The notes below the pieces were generated by a model. That model was not told where the DNA came from and did not search any database. It worked only from the letters and a program-made list of their open reading frames with translations. This document shows, in pieces, positions 34,917 to 47,206 of a stretch of 64,000 bases of DNA. The stretch is from assembly GCA_024137785.1 (NCBI GenBank), contig JAHRHZ010000085.1:12621210-12685209 (forward strand). The letters run 5' to 3'. The position numbers and the translations under genes were made by a program. This DNA is from Ginglymostoma cirratum. Its lineage: Eukaryota. The stretch's first letter is position 1. Each line of letters opens with the position of its first letter.

Positions 34917-36586
34917 GAGATAACAAGCATGGGGCTGGATGAACACAGCAGGTCAAGCAGCATCATAGGAGCAGGAAAACTTGACGTTTCGGGCCTAAAC
35001 CCTTCATCAGAAATGGGGGAGGGGAAGAGGGTTCTGAAATAAATAGGGAGAGAGGGGGAGGCGGATAGAGGATGGATAGTGGAGAGGATAGGTGGAGAGG
35101 AGGCAGACAAGTCGAAGAGGCGGGGATGGAGCCAGTAAAGGTGAGTGTAGGTAGTGGGGTAGGAGAAGATAGGTCAGTCCAGGGAGGACGGACAGGTCAA
35201 GGGGACGGGATGATGTTAGTAGATAGGAGATGGGGGTGTGGCTTGAGGTGAGAGGAAAAACAGGTTAGGGAGGTGGAGATGAGCTGGGCTGGTTTTGGGA
35301 TGTGGTTGAAGGAGGGGAGATTTTGAAGCTTGTGAAATCCACATCGATACCATTGGGCTGCAGGGTTCCCAGGCTGAATATGATTTGCTGTTCCTGCAGC
35401 CTTCGGGTGGCATCACTGTGGCATTGCAGGAGGCCCAGGATGGACATGTCATCTGAGGAATGGGAGGGGGAGTTGAAATGGTTCGCGACTGGGAGGTGCA
35501 GTTGTTTGTTGCGAACTGAGCGCAGGTGTTCTGCAAAGCGGTCCCCAAGCCTCTGCTGGTTTCCCCGATGTAGAGGAAGCCACAACGGGTACAGCGGATG
35601 CCTTATACCACATTGGCAGATGTGCAGGTGAACATCTGCCTGATGTGGAAAGTCTTCTTGGGGCCTGGGATTGGGGTGAGGGAGGTGGTGTGGGGGCAGG
35701 TGTAGCACTTCCTGCGGTTACAGGGAAAAGTGCCGGGTGTGGTGGGGCTGGAGGGGAGTGTGGAGCGGACAAGGAAGTCGCGGAGGGAGTGGTCCCTCTG
35801 GAAGGCAGATAAGGGTGGTGGGGTCTGATTGCAGATGGCGGAAGTGTCGGAGGATGATGCGTTGGATCTGGAGGTTGGTGGGGTGGTATGTGAGGACGAG
35901 GGGGATTCTTTTTTGGTTATTGTTGTGGGGACGGGGCATGAGGGATGTGTTCCGGGAAATGCGGGAGACACGGTTGAGGGCGTTCTCGACCACTGTCGGG
36001 GGGGAGTTGCGGTCCTTGAAGAATGAGGACATTTGAGATGTGCGGGAGTGGAATGTCTCATCCTGGGAGCAGATGCGGCGGAGGCGAAGGAATTGGGAAT
36101 AGGGGATGGCATTTTTGCAGGAGGGTGGGTGGGAGGAGGTGTATTCCAGGTAGCTGTGGGAGTCAGTGGGCTTGAAATGGACATCTGTCTCTAGGTGGTT
36201 GCCCGAGATGGAGACAGGGGGGTCCAGGAAGGAGAGAGAAGTGTTAGAGATGGTCCAGGTGAACTTCAGGTTGGGGTGGAAGGTGTTGGTGAAGTGGATG
36301 AACTGTTCGAGCTCCTCGTGGGAGCACGAGGCGGCGCCGATGCAGTCATCAATGTAACGGAGGAAGAGGTGGGGTTTAGGGCCAGTGTAGGTACGGAAGA
36401 GGGATTGTTCCACATAACCTACAAAGAGGCAGGCATAGCTTGGGCCCATGCAGGTACCCATGGCCACCCCCTGTGTCTGTTGGAAGTAGGAGGAATTGAA
36501 AGAAAGGCATAGCTTGGGCCCATGCGGGTACCCATGGCCACCCCCTTTGGCAGCCCCTTTCTTTCAATTCCTCCCACTTCCTACAG
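34917..36586 (-). mobile_element. Young Penelope-like retroelement (Neptune-type), 5'-truncated, antisense in the GLG1 intron between exons 3 and 4
   Basis: RT ORF 35718..36467 (AMGTCMGPSYACLF, LRYIDD, FKPTDSHSYL), Cys linker CNRRKCYTCPH, frameshifted GIY-YIG (LGDRFAEHLRSV...VANHFN) and a hammerhead-bearing terminus. Confidence 0.93.
34979..35014 (-). ncRNA. Minimal type I hammerhead ribozyme, intact core
   Basis: Minus strand reads attt-CTGATGA-A-GGGT-TTAG-GCCC-GAAAC-GTC-aagt: core CUGAUGA/GAAA, 4-bp stem II, palindromic ACGU stem III, GUC triplet, 4-bp stem I. Confidence 0.8.
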
Positions 36587-37015
36587 TGCCTTTACTCTGA
36601 TTACTCTGTTTTTTGTAACCAAATAGTCAGCAACTCAAGTGAAGTACTAGTTGTATCAAGAAGGCTTTCCAATTCAACCTGTGTTTGGCCCCACTTTGAG
36701 ACTGCTACCAATCACATTTAAAGTCTGGAATTGTGAATTGGCTTGAGGAAGAAAGCCCTATTTGTCCCAGTCTTGCTTTACAAAATGTCCATATGATTAC
36801 CTCTTAAGAGTATGATAGCTGCAAATCAAAGGTTTCATAATAGGTTTTTTGGTACGTATAATCATTACTTGCTCCAGCTTTGTCCAAGGAAGGCCACTGT
36901 TAAATCTTGAACCTTGACCGTGGTATCAATAAAATGGAATGCAAGAGGTTGCGAGGCATTGCAATGATACATTTAGTTGTGTGTTCTTTAAATCTCTTTT
37001 TTTTTGTTTATGTAG

Positions 37016-37231
37016 GTGAAGGAGTGTGCTGATCAGGAACCGGGGAAAGGCTACATCATTTCTTGTTTGATTGAGCATCGTGCAAACATTACTGAGTACC
37101 AGTGCCGCCAGTTCATAACCAAAATGACAGCCATAATTTTCAGCGATTACCAGCTCATCTGTGGTTTTGTGGACAGCTGCAAGAATGATATCAACCAGCT
37201 CAAGTGTGGCAGCATTCGGCCTGGCGAGAAG
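37016..37231 (+). CDS. GLG1: GLG1 coding exon (exon 4 equivalent), 216 nt, VKECADQEPGKGYIISCLIEHRANITEYQC...KCGSIRPGEK
   Basis: Poly-T tract and TAG acceptor, donor AAG|GTACTG. Cys-rich GLG1 repeat, seen in ORF 37016..37255. Confidence 0.96.
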
Positions 37232-37539
37232 GTACTGCCCTGGCCTTGTGGGTAGGACTGCTGGCCAAGGTCTAAATTTCAATTGTAGTGTTAATTTGTA
37301 TGCATGTTTGGTTTGTGTTGATTTCATGACATTGTAGATTCCAAGAAGTTATAGTGAGAATGTTAAACAATTAACTGTTGGACCACTTTCACCTGAACAG
37401 TTGAACTTGATTAGTAGAGTGGTGGGACCCTGACAGGTTCTTCAAGGGAAAGATGCTGAGATGGCATTAGAAGTTAAAATGCCAGTTAGTGAATCTGGAA
37501 GTCAGAAAAACAAAACAGGTTATACAATACAGATGAGAG

Positions 37540-38450
37540 TTTAGCAAGGCTAAATGGAATACATTTGAATGCAAGGACCCTGAGGAACAAGACAGATGAG
37601 CTGGAGACACAGCTAAGCACATCAGAGTGTGATATCATAGCTATGACTGAGAGTTTGCTGAAAGATGGGCAGGATTGGCAGCTTAATGATCCAAGTTATA
37701 GCTTATTTCGATGAGAGAGAGGGAGGGACAGCATCACAATATTGATCAAGGAATCAATTAAGGTAGTGATGAGGGAGCATATCTTGGAAGGATTGTCAAA
37801 TGAGGCCATTTTGGTTGGAAGAAACAAAAGAAGCAACCACAGTGTTCAGAGTGTGTAATAGGTCCCAAACAGATAGGGAGAGAGAGAGGATCAAATATGT
37901 AAACAAATTTCAGTGATGTGCAGGAATAAGGCAAGAATGTAGAATTTCAACTGTCTGAATCTTAACTGGATAGTTTCAGTGGGCAAATTAGGGAGGGAGT
38001 TAAATTCTTGGCTTGAATCCAGCAGAATGTTTTAGCCAGTACATTTAAAAGCCAACAATGGAAGAGGCGCTTCTGTGCCAGATATTTGGAAATAAGGTCA
38101 GGCAAGTGGAAGGCATTTTTGTAGGTGAGTACTTAGCGAATAAGGGCGTGGTGGCAATAAAGGCTGTAAACTGGAGGAAGGATAATTTTACAATAATATA
38201 TGATTTGGCTCAAGTGAACTGCAATTACTTGCAGATGAACTGTTAGTGCAATGGGAAGCATTCAAGGTGGAAATACTGAGAGTACAGACCAAATATATTC
38301 TTGGAAAGATCAAGGGTGAGACCAAGTCCAGAGAACCCTGGATGTCAAGGGGCATAAAAGCTTGCAGCAGGATGCAAAGGGCTGAATTGGGCAGAGCCCC
38401 TAGAGGAGTATAAAAAATGGTTGGGGAAAATTAAAATAGAAGTCAGGAAG
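37540..38450 (+). mobile_element. Old CR1 ORF2 endonuclease-region remnant
   Basis: AATGCAAGGA...GATGAGCTGGAG...GATATCATAGCTATGACTGAGAGTTTGCTG resembles the CR1 endonuclease N-terminus (NAR...DIIAxTE). Many stops. Confidence 0.65.
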
Positions 38451-38686
38451 GCTGATAGTTTGGTGACCAGAATTGCATGTAGTGCTCCAGCTTTGTCCTA
38501 ACCAATGCCCATCATAACCTTTAAGTTATAGCATTCATTAGCTCAACTAATAAAGGCAAGTATCCCATATACTGCCTTAACCACCCTATCCATTCTGTCC
38601 TGTTTCCTTCAAAGTTCTAAGTACGTGGAAATCAAGATCCAACAGATCCTCCTACTACCATTCATCATGTACTCCCTTACCTTGAG

Positions 38687-39190
38687 GTTGTAGACTTGCT
38701 GGCTGATTAGTGTGTTTGGTTGCAGACTGTTCATCACCCTGCTAGGTAACGTTGTCAGTGTGCTTCCGGTGAAACTTTGGTGTTCTGTCCCATTTGTTAT
38801 TTATATGCTTTGGTTTGCTGGGGTGGTTGGCATTACTTCCGGTTCTGTTTTTCGGTTGTTTGTATATTGGATCCAGCTCAATGTGTTTGTTGATGCAGTT
38901 CCGGTTAGAATGCCAGGCCTCCAGGTATTCCCTGGCATGTTTCTGTTTGGCTCATGCTATTATGGATGTGTTGTCCCAGTTGAATTTGTGTCCTCCTTTG
39001 TCTGTGTGTTTTGATACCAGTGAGAATTGGTTGTGTCGGTGACTGGTTGGTGTTTGTGTATCCTTCTTAACAGTATTCTTCCAGTTTGGTCTATGCAATG
39101 TTTTTCACAGGTCATGCATAGTATTTTGTATATTACATTAGTTTTATTGGTTGTGGGTACAGGATACGACTGATGAACGTCTAGGATCGC
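38687..39190 (-). mobile_element. Penelope/Poseidon-type element remnant, same family as 18746-19310
   Basis: ORF 38960..39271 KTNVIYKILCMTCEKHCIDQTGRILLRRIHKHQ is a GIY-YIG remnant. Decayed hammerhead at 38723-38760. Confidence 0.8.
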
Positions 39191-39589
39191 ATACCCACAA
39201 CATAACATAATGTAATATGTAATATATAACATAACATAATTCAACATCCACAGACAATACCTGTTACCCATGATTTTTAACCTATTTTTACCCTACTTTT
39301 AAAACTAAGATAATATTCTGTATGGAGGTCCATGCAGCATGATTAAAAGTAATTCCCGACAATGTTGTTTCCTCCCCACCTTGCCTCTTCCTCAACCACT
39401 TCTCCATGATCAAAATTATATCATACTACAATGTGTTAATCATGTTATCTGCCTTACTTGCATTAAATTAAATGCTACCCAGCCTTGCAATGCCCTCTTA
39501 TGCCTTCAGTTGACTATATATGCTCTAGCAGCCACAGTGACTTGATTTTTCTTCACATTTGTCTGTGCATTCCCTCCTTTTTCACCTCC

Positions 39590-40560
39590 ACTCCATATCC
39601 CGCCCATAGTATGAGTAAACCCCCCCAACAAGAATGTTGCCCTGTTAACCTACCGGTGTAACCCATCTGACTTGTACAGGCCTCACTTGCCCTCTGAAAC
39701 GGAGTCAGTGATCCAGGAATTTACAGCCTTCCCTCCTGCACTAACACACGGGCCACATGGTCATCTATTCCATCTTCCTGTTCTGTCCTTACTAACGTGA
39801 CATCAGGAATAATCCAGAGTTTGAGTCTGAGGTCCTGCTTACAATCTGCCTAGCTCCTTAAATTTTTGTTGCAGGACTCTAGCCCTCTTTCTATATACAG
39901 TAAATTCTCTTTATCTGCGAAATCACGCATCATGAATTCGCCTATCTATAGGAAAAAAATAAGTAACAACAAAATTCAACATCCACAGACAAATCTGTGA
40001 TTTTTAACCTATTTTTACCCCACTTTTAAACAAGCTCTGCGTTCACAAATTTTATCATTTATGGGTTCTCAGGAATGGAACCTTTGTGGATATGGAGGAA
40101 CGATTGTAAAACGTTGGTACCAAAATGAACTGACTGTATGCCTTGCCCTTTAAGAATCCCTAGCAGCTGTTCACTGGTATCCTTGACCCTGGCCCCAGGG
40201 AATGAACATGCCATCTGGAGTCATGTGGCTACATGTATGTCTCACAATTGAGCCTCTATTGCTTTTCCCACGCTGCTTCTCTCTCCTTGTGCACTTAGAC
40301 TTTGACTCTAAAGGAACTGTCACTCTCACTATTTACGGACACTGAAGAGTGTATGATGTACTCTGGGGGTTTCCTGACTACATGCTTGCCTCCTTTCTGG
40401 CTGGTGATCCCCCGTTCCTTCTTATAATTCACCTCCTTAAACTGCGAGGTGTCTGTGTCTAAATCTGACATTCAAACTCAAGTTTATCGGATTGGTGGCA
40501 CATATCTGCAGATATTCAATTGCTATGCGTGTCCAAGATTACCCTCAAATTGCAGACTGC
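39590..40560 (-). mobile_element. CR1 ORF1-region remnant interrupted by a MITE
   Basis: Reverse strand reads LYKSDGLH, typical of the esterase-like ORF1 of CR1. Heavily decayed. Confidence 0.5.
39898..40106. mobile_element. Tigger-like MITE, same family as 47207-48226
   Basis: TA-flanked imperfect TIRs CAGTAAATTCTCTTTATCTGCG and TGTGGATATGGAGGAACGATTG. The subterminal sequence matches 48130-48226. Confidence 0.65.
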
Positions 40561-40574
40561 AATCTGTGTGGGGG

Positions 40575-42205
40575 AGGAGAAGACATGGGCACATTTCTCA
40601 ATGAATACGTTGTGTTCATCCTCACAGTGGAAAAATGGAAGAGCACGTGTGGGTATCGGTAGAAAATGGGGCAACATTAAAAGAAATTAATAGAGAGAGG
40701 AGGTACAAGTAGGTTTAGCGGCCTTAAAAAGGAATAAATCTGCATGCGAAGATGACATGTATCTCAAGTTGTTGAGAGATACGAGGGAGGAGGTATAAGC
40801 CTTGGCAGTGATTTTTGGATCCTATGCGCAAAGGTGAGGTACCAGAGAACTTCATGACTGCTAGCATCCCATTAAGTGAGAAAAATGAGGAAAGGATAGA
40901 TGGCTAAATTACAGGCCAGTTGCTCACTGTGGTCGTGGAGAACTTAACAGAAAGAATTGACACAAAATGTCTGCCCTTGAAGAGACACAGTTTAATCATG
41001 GATATAGTGTTGGCAGATTTGATGGAATTTTTGAGGAGAGGCATGTTTGTAAGTGTCATGTTATTGATGTAGCCTGCTTGGACTTTCACAAGGCTGTTGC
41101 TGTGGTCCCTCGTGGCAGACTGGTAAAGAACATAAAGAGCCTGTGGCACCCAAGGCCAGGTGGCACATTGCTTCTGGATCCAAAATTGGCTGAAAAGGAA
41201 GAACCTGATGGTAGAAGGATGTTTCTGTGATGGCAAGTCTGTTTACAGTGTGGTTCCAGAGGGCTTGGTACTGGGGTCCTGGCTGTTTGTGATGTTCATT
41301 AATATATTAGACTTATATGTAAGTGGTTGAATCAAGAAGTTTGTGAATGACACAAAAATTGGTTTGGTGATAAATGGTGAGGTGGGTACCTGTAGACTGC
41401 AGGAGGACATCAATGAACTGGTCAGTTGGGCAGAGCAAAGTGACAAATGGAATTCAGCCTGGAATAGTATTAGGTAATGCACTTGGAGATCTAACCAGGC
41501 AAGAGATTACACTATCAGTGTAGGGCCCTGGAAACTATGGAACGTCAGTGAGACCTTGGTGTGCGTATCTATAGATTCTTAAAGGTAGCAGATGAGGTAG
41601 ATAGGGTTTTTAAGAGCGCATATGAATTGTTGTATTTATTAGCTGATGCATAGAATACAAGAGAAGGGAGATCATGTTGGAACTGTATAAAATGCTGGTG
41701 AGGATGCACCTGGAATACTGCATGCAGTTCTGGCCACCACATTGCAGGAAGGATGTGCTTGCATTAGAGAGGATGCAGAGGAGATTTACCAGGATGTGGT
41801 CTGACCTATAAGGAAAGATTGGATAGGCTATGGTTGTTTTCCTTGGAGCAGCAGAGGCTCAGAATGGACTTGTGGATGTGTGTTAGATGGAGGGGCATAA
41901 GTATGGAGGTTAGGCGTCAAGAGGGGTCAGTCACCAAAGGGCATAAATTTAAGTGGAGGTAGAAGAGAAATGTTTTCACCCAAAGAGTGGTGGGAGCCTT
42001 GAACTCTCTGCTTGAGAAGGTGGTGGAGTCAAAAACTGTCAAAACATTTAAGCAGGATTTCAATATTCAATTGTGTTGCCATTATCTCTGCAGCTAGGGG
42101 CCAAGGACTGGAAAATGTCATTAGTGTAGTCAGTCTTTGTTGGCTGCGTGGACATGACGGGGTGCTGAGTGGTCACCTTCTGTACTCTAAACATCTGAGC
42201 CTATG
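40575..42205 (+). mobile_element. CR1 LINE ORF2/3' remnant
   Basis: DVACLDFHKAV, GTGGTTCCAGAGGGCTTGGTACTGGG, AAGTTTGTGAATGACACAAAAATTGG and TGCAGTTCTGG. Confidence 0.85.
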
Positions 42206-43446
42206 AGAACAAGTTCATTTGTGATCTCAAGTTTGTTTGTTTGAAGTCTTTGGTGTCCAAGCAGTAAAATGTTCAAGTCTCAATCCAGTATGATTCCTCT
42301 TCAGAACGGAAGAGGGAGGTAGAAAAGTGAATTGTTTCAGAATGTTGAAAAGGATGAGGAAGATAAGTGGAGAGAAGGGGATGTCAGTAGAAGGCTCATG
42401 GGTGAGAGAGATTCTGGATTCCAGGTGTCACAGAGTAAAAGTCAAAGGGCTTGGTAATGGTTGTGCTGGAGCAAGGGAGGTCCAAAGGAAGTGTTCGTGG
42501 TAGGTCTTCATGACAGAATGTGTGTTGGGTCTGCAGAAAGTAAAATTGAGAAAACTGGTGATTGGGGATTTACATTGATTTATTAAGGTGAATCATGAGC
42601 TCAGGTGAAACTATGCAGGTCTATTTTTCTATCTCTGGTGTGAAATAATGAGAGCATCAGATGACAGTTGCCTTAGATCAATAATCACACAGTAGCCTAT
42701 GCCCCTGTCTTATATAAGCCAGACAGTTATGCTGGTCAAATGTGGAGAAATGTTGATTAGCCTTGGTATTGTTTCATGCATGTGTTAACCATTGTCATTC
42801 AAGTTCAAGTTGAGTTCAAGAAATGCATGGATATATTTATGGATAACCTAGATAAGTGCAGGAAGATTCTGAGGATATGCTGGGAAGTTAAATGAAATGA
42901 GTCAGGAGGAGTCCCGTGAGGCACACAAATACAAGTACAAGCACAGACCTGTTAGACTAAATTATCAGTTTCTGTTCAGTAAAATGGAGTGCCTTTGACA
43001 TTTTTGACTTGGCAGTTTTCACTTTATTTCTAAGCACTTGTTCTAGAAAATTATACTTCATTAATGATACAACCAAGTGCCAACACAGTATGCTCTTCAC
43101 ACTTCTTTGTCAAGGCTAGCATCCTTGACACATTTTCTTATTTCATATTCCAAACTCAGGTGCCTGAGCTCTGTAGCTGAGTAGGTAGGAGGCCTACCTT
43201 GTAGGCCTTGTAGTGTATACAAGAATGTCGAAGAGCTGTGACTCTTGCATAAAATGTCTGATCTCTGTCCCACTCTGCAAATTGACTGCATCTAGGGAAT
43301 ACTTATGTGATTACATGTACACAGCGGGGAATACAGTGTTTTCTGTTTTGGCCTCCCAAATAGTTCACATTTATAAGTTGTATGTAGGTCTTGGTACCCA
43401 TCTTCCTGAAACTTGAAATCGATAACTGTCTAGTGATTGGTGTACG

Positions 43447-43587
43447 TAGAATCATAGAGATGTACAGCGTGGAAACAGGTCCTTCAGTCTGACTCAGTCA
43501 TGCTAACCAGATATCCCAAATTAATCTAGTTCCATTGGCAGTATTTGGCCCATACTCCTCTATTCACATACCCATCCAAATGCCTTT
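43447..43587 (-). mobile_element. CR1 3' tail
   Basis: TAGAATCATAGAGATGTACAGCGTGGAAACAGG, like 63783-64000. Confidence 0.75.
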
Positions 43588-43932
43588 TTTATTCATTCAT
43601 GGAATGAGGGCATCGCTGGCTATTCAGCATTTATTGCCCATCCCTAATTGCCCAGAGGCCGTTAAGAGTCAACACATTATTGAGTTTGAAGTCAAATGTA
43701 GGCCAGATCGAGTACAGATTGCAGTTTCCTTCCCTAAAGGACATTAGAGAACCAGATGGGTTTTCTCGACAATCAACAATGGATTCACGGTCATCATTAG
43801 ATGATTAATTCCAGATATTATTGAATTCAAATTCCATCTGCCATGGCAGGATTCGAACTCAGGTTTCCAGAACGTTATCATGGTCTCTGGATTAACAGCC
43901 TAGCGATAATACCACTAGGCCATCACCTCCCC
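43588..43932 (-). mobile_element. tRNA-derived SINE (family 2), near full length
   Basis: Reverse head GGGGAGGTGATGGCCTAGTGG, B-box GTTCGAATCC, tail ATGAATGAAT. Confidence 0.85.
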
Positions 43933-44260
43933 TTGTTGTGAAGTATGAGGCTCTGTGAGCTTAAGGTCATTAAAAATTTTGGTATCTGTGTCCGAAGGCT
44001 CATAAAGGTCCATTCACCTATTCCTTGTGTTCACTAACTGTTCCTGGTAAAACAACTTTTCAAATCTGATTGTCCTAGCCTCCCTAAACTACACTCCCTT
44101 GCTTTCTTCCTTTATCAGGCATTACTTAAGACCCACCTCTTTGGCCAAGATTTTGGTCATCAGTCCTGATATCTCGTTAAGTGGTTCTTTGTTCAATTTT
44201 ACTTTGTAACACTGTTTTGAACAACATAAGACATTTCATGACATTAAATGTTCTCATAAA

Positions 44261-44358
44261 TCAGTTCAGAGATGTTATCTCACACCTTTGCAGTAGAGGC
44301 TTAAACCTAGGCTTCCAGGCCCACAGGAAGGGCCAGTACCACTGCATCATAAGCGTTC
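44261..44358 (-). mobile_element. Short tRNA-derived SINE (family 3)
   Basis: GTTCAGAGATGTTAT...ACCACTGCATCATAAG, like 11859-11970. Confidence 0.6.
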
Positions 44359-45434
44359 TTGCTTAAATGTGTTGTGTAATTAGAAGTTGTGAACAGAAAT
44401 TAAGTTTAATAAAATGGATGCCTTTCATGGATGACTTATTTAGTATTCTGTGAACCTGATATTCCGTTACAGATTCCCAATTATTTTTGAGGTACAAGCA
44501 ATTGTTGCCAATCGTCTGAAATACTTAAGAAGGGCTTGTTCACTTTGACCAAAAATGAAGTGATATGGCAATTGCACAAGTTATTGCTGGCTGGTGCCAT
44601 GATAAAACTTCATATTTGGTACTATTCTTCCTTGCTTTGTCAGGTTTGAGGGATACTTTGGTGTCTAAAATTTGCAAACAAAAGTTAAAATCTAATTAAA
44701 GTTTCATCCTATGCCAACTTTACTGGTTTTCTGAACTTAACTCAGTGTTCAAAGCTGCAATTATCTATTGACAAATATGTGTAATGCATGCGTTTGGTAA
44801 CTTTTTTTGCTTTGTGAATATAAGAAATGAGTTGAGAGTTTCCTAGAATGTTGGAATCTGTTTTGGTGTTAAATGTGCAAATGTTGTAGTACCACAATGC
44901 ACGTTCTTCCATATATTCTAAGACCAGTATTTCCAACAACAGCCGTATTGCTTAAGAGTAGTTTGGGACCAGTTTCTTGATTCTGATTGCATTTTATCAC
45001 CTACGTTTTAATCGGCTTTTCTTTCTGTGTTTGTCTCTGTCCTGATTATGCCCATTGAAAAGAGCAATTAAGATTTCCCATTGGGATTTTGCAATTTCCA
45101 ACTGCATTTAGTGTATTAATTGGTGAAGTACCTTCTAGAACTGCAGTTAACTAGGCATTAAGCACAATTCTAATTATAGCTCCATAGAGCAACTGAACTG
45201 CAAATGGTTTTAATTCCTTGGTCTAATGTCTAATCTAATTTCAACTGTGCAACATCAAGGCTGTACACGAGGCTATGCCATTAATACATGAACTTGTAAA
45301 GTGCAGTTTGGTACTGAGCAAATATCCCTTTATAGCATGGTAGAGATGAAACACTGGCACCAGTTAATTTGAAAGTAGGTAAATTAGAGATCTTTCCACC
45401 TTTTAATACATGCTTTTTGTTAGCCCGTCCGGAA

Positions 45435-46655
45435 CAAAGGTCAGAGTTTTTACAGTATGGTAACAGGCACCTCAGCCCATTGTACCTGTAGTAGTCATTG
45501 AGCATCCACCCATTTTAATCCCATTTTCAAGTATTTTGCCCGCAGCCTTGTATACTATTGTATTTCAAATGCTTATCTGTATAGTTCTTAAATACCCTAA
45601 GGGTTGCTGCCTCTACTACACTTGGATGTAGAGTTCCACATACTCACAATCCTCTGGGCAATTTTGTTTTGCCCTCAAATCTCCTGTAAACCTCCAGCTC
45701 CTTTGATTAAAACTGTCCTCCCTAGTTATTGATCTCTCTCCTAAGGGAAGAAAATTTCTCCCTATATACCCTGTTTAGCCCCGTCAGAACTTTGTATACC
45801 TTGAAGCCAATCCTCCTCCTCCTCAACCTTCTCTGCTCTCAGGAAAGCAACCTATTTTGTCTAGTTTTTTATAGCTGAATTGCTCCAGCCCAGGCATCAT
45901 CCATGTAATTCTGTTCTGCGCCCTCTCCAGAGCAATCACATCCTTTTGGCTGAACATAACATGAACTGAACGTAGTAGTCCATCTGTGGCCTAACTAATG
46001 TTATATACAGCTCCATCATAATATCCTTGCTCTTGCCTTGATGAGTCAAATAAATTAATATTGGTATCCCACATACCTTGTTTAACCACTTTATCTACCT
46101 GCCCTGTTGTGTATAAGGATCTAGGAACGTGCACACGAAGATCCCTCTGATCCTCCTGGGGTTCTGCCATTCAGTGTATACTCCCTGCATTTTTAGTCTT
46201 CCCAAACCGCATTACCGTCACCATTCAGGATTAAATTCCATTTGCTATTGCTGAGTCCATCTGACTGGCCCATCCATTTTTTGTCCTGGCGTCTAAGGCT
46301 TTCCTCCCTGCACCATCCATTTCTGTTTCATTTGCAGATGTATTGTCTGCACCTCCTATGTTTGTGTCTAGGTCGTTAATCTACACAGTGAACAGCAAGG
46401 GACCCAGTACTAAACCCTTTGATACACCATTGGACGCAGGCTTCCAGTCATAAAAACACACTTCAACTATCTCCCTCTGCTTCCTGTCACTAAATCAATT
46501 ATGAATCCAATAACCCAATTTGCCCTGGACCCCGTGGGCTCTTAGTTTCTTAGAGTCTGCCATACAAGAGCTTGTCAAAAGTCTATTTGGGATCTCTGTA
46601 GACTGCGTCAGTAGCACTAACCTTGTACACATTTAGTCACTGCCTCAAAAAATTA
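45435..46655 (-). mobile_element. CR1 LINE RT/3' remnant
   Basis: Collinear with 10235-10940 and 19518-20760 (GGGACCCAGTACT, GATTAAATTCCAT). Confidence 0.8.
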
Positions 46656-46659
46656 AACT

Positions 46660-46922
46660 TGCAGCACAGTGATTAACAGTATTGCCTCACAGCACCAGGG
46701 ACCCAGCTGACTGTGTGGAGTTTACACATTTCCCTAAGACTGTGTGGGTTTTGTCTGGGTGCTCCGGTTTCCTCCCAGAGTCTAAAGAAGTGCAGGTTAG
46801 GTGGATAAACCACACTAAATCACCCCATGGTGTCAGGGGAGTGCAGCTGTTTGGAGGATTGGTGCAGATTCAGTGGGCTGAATGGTCTCCTTCTGCACTG
46901 TAGGGATTCTACGATTCTCTGA
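46660..46922 (+). mobile_element. HE1-type SINE, internally deleted
   Basis: GCCTCACAGCACCAGGGACCC...GGGTGCTCCGGTTTCCTCCCA...TGTAGGGATTCT. Confidence 0.8.
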
Positions 46923-47206
46923 ATGTTCTTTTGGTATTCTCGTGTCACCAGCAAGCTTGGAAATTGTCCCTTGCACACCAAGATCCAGATATCAGGAAAA
47001 ATAAGGATCCCAATACCAACCCCTGGGGAACTCCACTACAAACTTTCCTCCGGCCTGAAGAATATCCATTGACCATCACTTTCTGTTTGCCATGTCTCAG
47101 TCAATTTTGCGTCCACTTTACTACTGTCCTTTTTATACCATGACTTACAACTTCCCTCAAGTCTTTTGTGATGCGCAGTATCAAACACCTTCTGTAAATC
47201 TGTGCT

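Noticed and set aside
37232-37257. Extension of exon 4 to an alternative donor GG|GTAGGA, or to the stop at 37255
   Set aside because: GLG1 similarity ends at GEK, and the donor at 37232 keeps frame with the next exon. The extension would frameshift or terminate.
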